A program made the translations under genes and the position numbers. DNA of 63,547 nucleotides, counting the filler, from Octopus bimaculoides (taxonomy: Eukaryota), in NCBI RefSeq assembly GCF_001194135.2. It is 7 parts of 7 records of this genome, joined end to end, with 100 filler letters (N's around TTAATTAATTAA, not from the genome) between each part and the next. Parts side by side here need not be neighbours in the genome. Positions count along the whole stretch, not along the records: positions 1 to 8,675 come from NC_068998.1; positions 8,776 to 19,894 come from NC_069008.1; 5 more parts are not named here. One strand, given 5' to 3'. The notes under the pieces are model-generated. The model saw nothing but the letters and a program-made list of their open reading frames with translations, ran no database searches and was not told where the DNA came from. This document shows positions 1 to 10,141 of the stretch, in pieces (the first letter of the stretch is position 1; every line of letters starts with the position of its first letter).

Positions 1-221
1 TCATGTGTCGCCCGCACATGGGCCAGTCCACGGGCACTGGCAACGATCTCGCTCAAAAATCCTACAACAGTCCCACACAAGTGCCAGTTCAGGAGCACCC
101 GCAACGTTCTCGCTCGAAACATTTCATGTGTCACCCGCACAAGAGCCAGTCCGGGGGCACTGGCAACAATCTCGCTCGAAAGATTTCATGTGTCGCCCAC
201 ACATGAGCCAGTCCAGGGGCA
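1..221 (-). repeat. Tandem ~62-bp units (3.5 copies) from the internal region of a dispersed RTE-tailed retroposon family
   Basis: CATGTGTC recurs at 2, 125 and 187. The reverse complement aligns with the TGCCAGTGCC-CTGGACTGGCTC-TGTGC unit at 60550-60690. Confidence 0.65.
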
Positions 222-232
222 CTATATATATA

Positions 233-274
<42 letters not shown>

Positions 275-408
275 AAACTGTACCATGTACATGTTTCAGT
301 CATTGAACTGCAGCAATGTTGAGACACTATCTTGAAGGATTTTAGTTGAACAAATGTCTGGTGGGCGGGAGTCTGGTACTTTTCCTATGCAACAATGTCA
401 TAAACAAG

Positions 409-465
409 CCAACACCAGTTGTCAAGCAATAGGGGAAGGGGCACAAACACATACACACACACACA

Positions 466-500
<35 letters not shown>

Positions 501-662
501 GCATACATGACTGGCTTCCATTGAGTTTCCGTCTACCAAATTTAAAATTTACTCACAAGGGTTTGGTCAGCTCTGGGGTCATAATGGAAGACACCTGCCC
601 AGGGTGCCATGGAGTGAGACTAAACCCAAAACTTTATGGTTGGGTTCTTAACCACACAACCA
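409..662 (-). mobile_element. tRNA-derived SINE, degenerate copy
   Basis: Reverse-complement similarity to the 32913-33305 copy. Confidence 0.65.
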
Positions 663-716
663 TGGCTATCAGCGAGTGTTTGTTTAAATTTGCAATGTCA
701 AGTGTTGAGATTCAAT

Positions 717-922
717 CAGTGGTTTTCAACCCAGGAGCCACACAAGATTTTGTTGTTAAAATCTATGTACAATAAATTGGTCAAACTTCTTTTATACAAT
801 TCCTAATGATATTTAATTAAAAAAAAATATAATAGGGAGTTTTTTTTGAAGCATCAAGGGGGCCATTTGAGTAGAATAGGAATGAAAGGGGTCCATAGGC
901 AAAAAAGGGTTGAGAACCACTG
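717..922. mobile_element. hAT-type MITE
   Basis: Terminal inverted repeats CAGTGGTTTTCAACC / GGTTGAGAACCACTG. The 8-bp TSD is not matched on both sides. Confidence 0.55.
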
Positions 923-1206
923 ATCTAGTGTATGATAGAGGGACAAGCACAGGAGTCTTGTTATAGAGGAGATACATGACTATCCTGCACTATAAGGGCA
1001 GGAGTAGCCGGAAAGAAGGTTGAGATGCCAGAGCAGTGATATGCTCTAACGATTCCTCAGTCCACTGCCCAACACTGGGGATTTAATTATTGACTCTGGA
1101 AAGATGAAAGATGAAGCTAATCTTGGTAATCTTAATGATGATATAGTGCAAACTAGATTGGATATAAATAAAAAAAAAAGAAGATAATGTTTAGTCTCTC
1201 AGACCT

Positions 1207-1605
1207 CAAAATATCTCACTTAAAATATCAATGATCCTATTTATTATCTCAAAAGCCCTCACATGAGACCTCAATCTTTTCTTAAAATCTCAATCATTTC
1301 AGTTGTCTCAAAGGCTCTCATTTACAACCCCAATTCTTTTTATAGTCATAAAGCCTCTCATTCACAGCCACAATCCTCTCTGTTGCCTCAAGGTCCTTCA
1401 CTTAAAACTTCCATCCAATCAGTTGTCTCAAAAGCCCACACTCAAAGCCTCAATCCTGTGTATGATATCAAAAGCCCTCACATAACACTTCTGATATCTT
1501 AAAATCCTTTACTTAAGAGGTGAAACATTTCTATGGTCCAAAGTCTTTGACTTAAAATCTCAATCTTATTTTTGATCTAAGGTCCTTTTTTTTAAAGCCA
1601 CAATT
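1207..1605. repeat. Degenerate ~40-bp minisatellite, about 10 units
   Basis: Unit approximating TCTCAAAAGCCCTCACTTAAAATCTCAATC...; starts near 1305, 1345, 1386, 1425 and 1465 give a 40-bp period. Confidence 0.65.
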
Positions 1606-1784
1606 TGTACTTCATTTTACTGTGTACTCACACACACACACACACACACCTCCATTTTATTACTTATGTTAGGAAACATAGCCANNNNNNNNNNNNNNNN
1701 NNNNNNNNNNNNNNNNNNNNNNNNNNNNNNNNNNNNNNNNNNNNNNNNNNNNNNNNNNNNNNNNNNNNNNNNNNNNNNNNNNNN

Positions 1785-1860
1785 CTCATTTCATTTATGG
1801 CAGCTATCACATCTTCCTCCTCAATGTCAATGTATAAATCATGTATATGATGTCTGTAAA
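1785..1860 (-). mobile_element. Short LINE ORF2 fragment (CR1/Jockey-like linker), cut by gap
   Basis: IDIEEEDVIAAINEM resembles the segment preceding the K..SA.GPDG motif upstream of RT. Confidence 0.35.
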
Positions 1861-2335
1861 CTCCTGGTTGTGCCTCCATGTGTGCCTCTCTTGAGCTAGT
1901 ATGCTTTTAATGAACTCACATGTTCCACTGTTTGTTTGCTCTAGCATTGTTGGCATGCATGGTTATCTGATTTCCCCCATTTCACTAAGTTTATATTTGA
2001 GGGTAGAAGATAAATAGAAATATGAAGGTGTCATTCCAGCTGAGACTTCTTTGGAATGCATTTTCTACATCATCCATTGTTCTTGTTGGCCTGCTATACT
2101 ACCTTCTGGATTCTTTTGGCATCCTTTTCCTCCTTTACTTCTTGTATTTCTTTGTTTTTCCTTTTGCTTTCAACCACTCTCTTTTGTTGCATCCACTGTC
2201 TCTCAAACTTTCCATTGATCTCACAACCATGTCTCCTAAGTCCTGAAGCATTCTTTAGAATCTTAATTTACAAAGTTATGCTCCTCCACAATGGTCTTTA
2301 GCACTAGCTTCAGAGAAACATCAGTGAAACCACTT
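1860..2335 (-). mobile_element. Degenerate HERO/NeSL-like (RLE-clade) non-LTR retrotransposon fragment
   Basis: Frameshifted pieces GFTDVSL-KLVLKTIVEE, ENAFQRSLSWND, NLVKWGKSDNHACQQC, TVEHV and ILAQERHTWRHNQ follow the order of the post-RT zinc-knuckle region. Confidence 0.7.
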
Positions 2336-4035
2336 GGGTCACCAAACCTGAACATTTTCCTCGCTTAAATCAACAACATGGATGTCATAGGCACTGTGTT
2401 GTAATTCTTAGCCTTTGTTGCCCTTTCATGAAAGTCTGCTTACAACTCTTTTACTTTGTACAGATCTTCATACCACACTCAGCAAATATCATTCTACAGG
2501 CACATAGTAATTCCATTTGCTCTTTACTGAAAGCACAGTATGTATTTCTGTCACAGATGAGTTGGTGCCAATGGATTCATCATTCTCTCTGTCTTTTGGG
2601 GGAATCCTAAGTGTATCTTTGATCTGTGGAACTCATAGCAAGTTGAAGAAAGACAAGGAGGGGAACCAGCCCATATAGCCTGTTGATCTAGTCTTTCCTA
2701 GTGTCTTACAATCAATGTATTTAAAGAACTACTTAGATTATACACTTTGTAAGTTGAAACTCCTCTGTAAGCTAAGATAATTTAATATAATTTAGTGTTG
2801 AGAGTAACTGCTGAAAATTCAAGTTTATAACCACATAAAAATTAGTTTAACGACTTATTGGTCCTGCATTCTAACTTTCAGTGTTTAGTCTGGGATCTTA
2901 AGTGGTTGGTTATGTGGATGTGCACTGAAGTAATATTGCATTCTTTGTTGCTTTGTCTATTCATATAATGTAAATAATCAGGTGACATCTATGACAAATA
3001 ATGAAGTTGAACATTGTGTAATCATTTTGTCCCCTTAGAATTCCTTGTAGTTTATTTTGTGAGAGGCAGAGATAGAGAGACCATAAGGGTATTGTAATTT
3101 GTGTGTTTAATAAGTGTCAAGGCTTTGACATATAGTTGCAATGAACTGTGCTGTTGTTGCAGATTACAGCTGTTCTCCACCATTATTGCTTGAGAACTAT
3201 TCTTTGTTCAGCACCTGTAATCTCTATTCCTGGAGGTCTTTGGTGACAGCAAGGTTATTGTCTATAATAACAATTAAGTATCCAACTGTTTTTGATATGA
3301 GCATCTCTAGCTAATTTTCTTGTTGTTACAACACTCTGTGTATGAAGAGCATACAGACCTCACAATCCATGAGGACTTTTCATGATGATATCACATGTGA
3401 AATAATGCCAACTACATATAAAAAACTAAACTTTCTCTTCAGGACCTGAAAACACTTCCTATAAAGTACAGCTGACATTCAAATACTATTGCTTATATAT
3501 CTGGGACAATGTTGCATTACCTAGACTGTATCATCAAAAATAGGTCCTGTAGCTGATTGACAATGTCACCAACATACTACAACTACAGACTTACAGATGT
3601 GCTGGGGGGTTTTTCCTTCTTTTTTTTTTGTCTTTTCTAGTACAATTACAACTAACACATCTTAGAAACTGCATACCACATCTCACTAAATCCTTCCATT
3701 GCATCCACCCTTTCTTGTATCATTCCTTTGAAACACTGTACAGAACACGTTATTCAATCCTTCCCACCGAGAATTGTAGTTACCTGGAATTCACATTTTA
3801 ATACTGAAGTCCAAGGTTCTTCACTTAGTGGTATCTTTCATCTAATATTAAGATTACTATTTTTTTTTTATTCAATATGAAAAGATTATACTGTTGAAAA
3901 AAAAAAATTTTTATTGATTTCATGTACACTTTTCTGAATAATATAATTTGTCGGCTACATTACACTCACATGGCAAAAGTACCATTTATGGTCCTTAAAT
4001 GTCCTTAAAGTTCAGTCTTGCAGTATGTTCACATC

Positions 4036-4114
4036 CTATCTGTGACCGAAAACTGGTGGAATGGCAAGAATTAGATCTGCTGTTGTAAACAGGTGGTGAA
4101 TTGGTTCAACCTCC
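4036..4114 (-). CDS. Candidate terminal exon C of unidentified gene
   Basis: TTTATTTTAACAG| acceptor; completes a Gln codon from exon B and reads QEVEPIHHLFTTADLILAIPPVFGHR-stop. Confidence 0.4.
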
Positions 4115-4283
4115 CTGTTAAAATAAATTAACTTATGATGCACACTTATTAATTGAAGTATTAGTCAAAGTAAACCCAACAACAACCAACAAAAGTGAGT
4201 AACCTTAATCTTGTTCAAGCAGAAGTGAATGCAGCCATTCTGCTATAATCCACTTAGCTTTGTAACAAATGTTGCCTACTTAC

Positions 4284-4468
4284 TGAATTGTCTCTATAAT
4301 TGTGTTTGTATTGCCTCTATAAGAACTCCACATCTGAGTATCTGGATCCTTCTCATCACAAATACACTCCTTGTACATTCTGGAAGATGTGCAAAATGCA
4401 ACAAGAATTCCAGCAAGGTGTTCTGTTGCTGTTAATCTCAGATTAGCAGGTTCTCTTTGAACTAACTC
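4284..4468 (-). CDS. Candidate exon B of unidentified gene (185 bp, phase 0 to 2)
   Basis: TTTACATCTCCAG| acceptor and |GTAAGT donor. Only one open frame: ELVQREPANLRLTATEHLAGILVAFCTSSRMYKECICDEKDPDTQMWSSYRGNTNTIIETI. No family recognised. Confidence 0.5.
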
Positions 4469-4737
4469 CTGGAGATGTAAATTCAGTCAATAAATATCAT
4501 AAGTTGATTGGAGTAAAGTATGTACACTCATATTTCAATTTCTCTAATCTTTATGATGATGAAATTTTACTGTTAAAGATATACTTCCTTTTATCAAGTC
4601 TCTTGTTACATTGTTAGTCATTCATATCTTGCATTTAACTGCACCAACCTTTTACACCAAAAGTGTTACTGACATTGTGTTGTAGATAGTTTGCTGAAGG
4701 AGATATGCTCCAGCAAACATCTTAAATGATGTCTTAC

Positions 4738-4780
4738 AAGTGCTCTGTCTGGTTCAATAACATTCTGTTGTGCTCTGTGG
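4738..4780 (-). CDS. Candidate exon A of unidentified gene (43 bp, phase 2 to 0)
   Basis: TGTATTTTAG| acceptor and |GTAAGA donor; reads (x)HRAQQNVIEPDRAL; phase-compatible with exon B. Confidence 0.4.
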
Positions 4781-4868
4781 CTAAAATACATTTGAAAAGG
4801 GGGTAAAAGCAAATGTAAAAAGAAAAGGAAAACTGTGTCCTAAGTGTCTTTTGATTTTCCATTTTTAG

Positions 4869-4929
4869 GTTCAGGAGTGGTGTTCTAAGATGCGTAAAGA
4901 AGGATATGTGATAGACCGACAAATCAGAG
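4869..4929 (+). CDS. Isolated candidate exon (61 bp), VQEWCSKMRKEGYVIDRQIR
   Basis: Strong TTTTCCATTTTTAG| acceptor and CAGAG|GTAAAT donor, one open frame. No partner exon or family confidently identified. Confidence 0.3.
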
Positions 4930-5341
4930 GTAAATAAAATATATCAAAAAAAAAAAGAAAAAAATCTAATTAATTTTCTTTTCAGAAATTATTTTTATCA
5001 TCGAATAAGAATTAATAAGTCAAACCAAATACATTTATTGTTATGATTCTGTCCAATCATTAATCATCAACAAATTTTCTGTTGTCTAAAATCCTAAATC
5101 ATAGGGTACTATGCCCACAGTAAGACTGAAAAGACCACTAGATAGATTATCAAATGATGATGTTTAGCTTTAATCAATAGCCCAGTTATAACCCGTGTCA
5201 AGAGTATTATGCATTTATTTGCCTTCTATGGGGCAGAGCTACTCAATAATTCAAATGTGACAACAACATAAGATTGCTTCACTGTATTGATGCTATCTTA
5301 CAGGAACTCAGTTCTTGTTTAATAGGAACAATACTCTTAAA

Positions 5342-5670
5342 CATAGCTCAGTGGTTAGAGTGTCAAGCTCACAATCATAAGGTTGTGAGTTTGATTCCTG
5401 GATTGGGCTGTGTATTGTGTTCTAGAGCAAGACACTTTATTTCATGTTGCTCCAGTTCACTCAACTGTAGAAATGAGTTGCGATGTCACTGGTGCCAAGC
5501 TGTATGGCCTTTGCCTTTCCCTTGGATCACATCAGTGGCATGGAGAGGAAAGGCTGGTATGCATGGGTGATTGCTGGTCTTCTATAAACAACCTTGCCCG
5601 GACTTGTGCCTCGGAGAGGAACTTTCTAGGTGCAATTCCATGATCATTCATGACTAAAGAGGGTCATTAC
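5342..5670 (+). mobile_element. tRNA-derived SINE with conserved central domain (second family)
   Basis: Box A/B-like head GCTCAGTGGTTAGAGTG...GTGAGTTTGATTCC followed by GAGCAAGACACTTTATTTCA..TTGCTCCAG. Confidence 0.7.
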
Positions 5671-7847
5671 CCTTTTTTTTTTACTCTTAACATACTAGTT
5701 TTCTTTAAGACTCAGGTTGCTATTTGGCCCTTATCTTGTGAAATGGAGTCTGTTTTTTTTTTTGTACCCCACATCTTAGTGTACTGGGACATGATAATAG
5801 CAACAATAAAAATTTCTTAATATTGAATTTTAAGGGACTGGGGAATTGTGTTGTTCATGTCTTTTGCAGAGACATGAATATTACAAGTTGTGTTACAGCT
5901 TAAATTTCAACTGAAAATCGTTCATGGCTTTTACTCAGAAGAGACTTACCTTTACACTTCTCTTTATGAACACAGCCATCTTTGTTTGAAAAACAAAGAA
6001 TAAGTCATTGAACTAACCTTATTATATTATATATCACTGGTAGTTTTGTTACTGTCTTCAGATTTTTCTGGAGGAACTGGAAAAATGGAACTCAAATACT
6101 AAAGAAACTGGCATAAATAGATAGTAAATCCTCTATCACTTTCACCATCCTTAGACAATTCATCTATTGTTCACTGACTGAGCAAACTTTATGTGGTCAG
6201 AAGTCTCAATCAATAGCTCATCATTATTGATCTATAAATGATAACAGTGTGAACTAGCTGCTTTTTTGCATATAGTATTAGGAAGGGTTAAAACATAACA
6301 CTGCAAATTTATGAAGCACTGTTTCAGTATTGCTGCTGCTTACATTGATAGACTATTCCATGTACATAACAGTTTGGTAGACTAAGTCATTAAGAGCTAA
6401 TTATTTTGACACTACTGAATAGGTATGAAATGCTAGTCTTAGTTTAGTTGTCTGTTATCCAATCAATTCAGCAAGTTGTGGATATTAAGTCAATAATTGT
6501 TATAATATTGGTGATAATGATCATTATCACTTCACTGTTTATTTTTCAATGCTGATAATAAAGCTATCACAGGCTGGATGAATTTTTTGTACAACTTGTT
6601 GCTATTTGTTGTACAGTTTTATTATTTCATCCATAAAGTTCAACATTGTGAGGTGTAACTTCACAAATACCTTCCCTTGTCATTATATGGAACTTTTTAA
6701 TGAACTCTCATCTGTTTATATCACATTTTCACATTAGCAATATCTTTTCTACATACATCAATTGAAGCCTTTAATGCAAGGCTGTTCTTTCACAGCTCAA
6801 GCTCCATCCTTCCTGTGAATAAGCTTGGCACATCCAACAGATCATACTGAATTTATTTCCTTCTCACTTCCATGAATTCTCTACATTCAATATTCATCTT
6901 TTGCTAGTATTATTACTTTACATCACACACGTGTTTCATACACTCACATTGTCCATTTGTTTGTTTAACATCTGTTTTCCCATACTAGCCTTATGAGAGA
7001 AAATATTACAGCTACCTAATATGTTTGTAAACTGAAATGGAGCTACTATATTTTTGATATAACCACCATCATCACCATTGCTTATGTCATCTAACTACAA
7101 AAATGATCTATCATGAATTTCATTTTATAAATGCATTTACTACTGAAGTCACAGTTCTTTGTCTGCCTCTCAGAGTGCCTGTTACATTTCTTGTATATCC
7201 ATTGCCTGCATTAAGCACATGGCATTGAGTTCCTACTTATTGGTCAAGGGAATTTCTTTAAAAGTAGATGGATAAATCTTTGGATTGTGCTATTTTTAAC
7301 TTTTAGGCTTTGAACTCAAGAACATAATGCACACCCATTGAGAAAGCTACAGATCAGTAGTGAAAAATATTTTGGAAACATAAGCAGCTTTTGGAAAAAA
7401 ATAAATGTGAAATATAGATAAAAGCCAACTGGTGAATGTATGTATAAAGTTTATCAATTATGATTCTTCCTAAATATAACAATGGCATTATGAAATAGCC
7501 AGAAAAATAATCAAAATATAAAGATTTATCAATAAAAGATACAAAGATGGAGAATTGGCTACAATAGTGATACCTGTAGTTACAGAAACTTTAGGAATAA
7601 TGATAAATTAAATTAATGACAAACATTTTCTAGGCTTCTCATCCCAAGAAAGTGTATAAGCACTTGTAAGCACTCTCATTTTGTTCATAGAAGAATAAGA
7701 TAAATTGCACACTTGCACAAACAACATCCTCACTGATTACTCACTATATACACATGTGCACATACAAAAGAAATAGCTTACCATTATTACATATTTGCAT
7801 ACTAAGGGAACATTACTAATACATATGATTGATTATAATAATCTAAT

Positions 7848-8342
7848 TGTAATGAAGGAAATAAAACAAAGTTAACAATTAAAACATGTGTTCTTTATTC
7901 CAACATATAACCTTGGGAAAGGTTTTTCTTGAAATAAATATTAACAGGATTATCATGCAAAAAAAAAAGTTAGTTAGAAACTATTGAGTTGATACCATCA
8001 TGTCAGGCACATATCATTCCTCGGTGTAATATATAATTTCTCAAGATTTGCAATTGCTGTGTCATAATCAGTGCAATCAGAAATGGATTGGAATACTGTT
8101 GGCAACACAAAATTAATAAGGATATCAAGTTTGTTAACAGCATCATGATTTGCACTTAACGAAGTAAGGAAGTTTGTGAAAGTTCTCTTCCAGTGTACTC
8201 ATGCCTTGTCAGACCCTCTAGCACTCGGTATGGCATCAAAGCATTCAGGACATAAAAGTTTATCCATAATATTTATTTCAAGAAGATTGTAATGAAGGAA
8301 GTAAAACAAAGTTAACAATCAAAATATGTATTCTTTATTCCA
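7848..8342. mobile_element. Mini LTR-like element: two ~58-bp TG...CA direct repeats around a Gypsy gag fragment
   Basis: Repeats at 7848-7905 and 8288-8342. Minus strand 8267-8005 reads MDKLLCPECFDAIP...A*VHWKRTFTNFL...NKLDILINFV...DCTDYDTAIANLEKLYITPRN, a Ty3/Gypsy gag N-terminal pattern with one stop. Confidence 0.65.
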
Positions 8343-8675
8343 GGAAAAGGGAAAGACGGCTGCTCAGAAATGCCAAAACATTCCCAGGCGAAGAATGTAC
8401 ACCACAACATAGACTAGTAGTTAGTGACTTTAGGATCAGAGCTAAGTGGCTGCCCAGAAGACGACCAGCTTGGAGGAGAAGGGTATGGAAGCTCAAAGAT
8501 CCTGCAAATGGACAGAGATTTAGAGACCTATTACTCGAAGCCTTTGACGAAATAGAGGGGGATGTAGCTTCACACAATGTAGAGGACAACTGGACTTTTC
8601 TACAGGACAACCTGCTGAGGGCCACCGACAAGATCTGTGGTTGGTGCAAGGTCCCTTCTCGACCCAAAATAACAT
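8342..8675 (+). mobile_element. RTE-clade LINE ORF2 fragment (end of APE endonuclease + linker), truncated by gap
   Basis: Open frame RKRERRLLRNAKTFPGEECTPQHRLVVSDF...RRRVWKLKDP...EDNWTFLQDNLLRATDKICGWCK. Confidence 0.8.
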
Positions 8676-8775
8676 NNNNNNNNNNNNNNNNNNNNNNNNN
8701 NNNNNNNNNNNNNNNNNNNTTAATTAATTAANNNNNNNNNNNNNNNNNNNNNNNNNNNNNNNNNNNNNNNNNNNN
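8676..8775. other. Assembly gap marker: 44 N + TTAATTAATTAA + 44 N
   Basis: The same 12-mer sits inside N runs at 8720, 19939, 43662, 53868, 60972 and 62190. It is palindromic and gives stops in all six frames. Confidence 0.95.
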
Positions 8776-9704
8776 TATATATATATATATATATGCATAT
8801 ATGTGTATGGGTTTAAGTACATAAGTATGCGGGCCTATATAATAATGCATATACCCACGTATATGTATGTGTGCGCGCGCGTACGTACATCAATATGCAC
8901 GTCTTTCTTTTCTCTGTGATTTCTCAGCTCCCACTATCACATTAGTCAGTACAGTAAACATCTCCATCTATTTTTAGAAACTTGGCCATTATATCTTATT
9001 ATTCTTATTATTCCTTTTTGAAGTTTACTACTCACTTTAGTAGTACCCCGCACCATTTTCTGTACCCATCCCTCCACTTTAGTACCTTTTACCCCACCTC
9101 CCACTCCGCACATATATTCATTTCTTATATTCTTATCTTTTCTTATCCCTCCCCTACTCCCCTCCTATTCTCCACACAATATCTTGACCACAAACTAACA
9201 CTTCTTTTTCATTTTTCATTTTCTCTTCCTCTTTTTCACTTTCTCTTCTTTGTTTGTTTCTTTTTTCTTTCCTCTTTCCTCACCTATTCCTTTTTACCAT
9301 TTTCCTCATTTTAACATACACATCTTTTCTCTCCTCTCTATCTACTTAATACTACTACTACATTCTCAAAATTTCACTCACATCACAAAACTCCTTTCAA
9401 TGAAGAGCACATGGAATCTACGTCTCCACACTTTGCATTTCTAATGACAAAATATGAACTTCTATCAGAATTTACATACCATGGACAAGAAGCATTTCTA
9501 CCACTTCTTCACACTACCTTTCTTGTTTAATAGAACTGCAACTGTAACATCCTACATATATTTTTATTTTTATTGACTACATTTCGTTTCGCTTGAACTT
9601 TGTGTGCGTATGTTTTACTGTTTCCAATATGTATTCAATGAGTGTACGTCTGTGAGTGTGTCTGTGTTTCCGCGTTCATTACACCTATAGTGAACTATAG
9701 TAAA

Positions 9705-9940
9705 GGACATTTTACGCCGTTTTAATGGGCCAACATCTAATGAAGTAGCCGTCCTTATGGGAGGTGATCCCCATGAAAATCGTGATATTCTCATTCGCGC
9801 TCGAGATAATAACCTAAATATGTTTCAGAGACTCATCACTCTTATGATGCTCTCCAGTAACCTCTTATTTTGTGGAATGGACAAAATGTATATTATTTCA
9901 GTACTCCTCTGACTGAACCTGCAACAAGAGAGCCAATTAC
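9705..9940 (+). mobile_element. Helitron Rep-upstream region fragment
   Basis: GHFTRRFNGPTSNEVAVLMGGDPHENRDILIR...VSETHHSYDALQ*PLILWNG matches the Helitron RFNxPTxNEVA...RD...ETHxSYDALQYPL motif. Confidence 0.8.
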
Positions 9941-10105
9941 AAACAAACAAACAAACAAAAAGGTATTGTCAAATGATGTGGAAACCAGAACAATCAAATC
10001 AATTACAGGTGTATCGTGATCTCTTTCAGTTATACCTGGTCGATGTGTCTGGTGTTTTTTAAAATTTTCCCGATTTCATTGAAATAGCTAATTTTGAGAC
10101 ACCCT

Positions 10106-10141
<36 letters not shown>

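Noticed and set aside
1-221. Regularly spaced ~62-bp repeats as a CRISPR-like array
   Set aside because: No unique spacers, eukaryotic context, and homologous to a retroposon internal repeat.
8720-8731. Recurring palindromic TTAATTAATTAA (six copies)
   Set aside because: Always centred in 100-bp N blocks and gives stops in six frames; an assembly linker, not biology.
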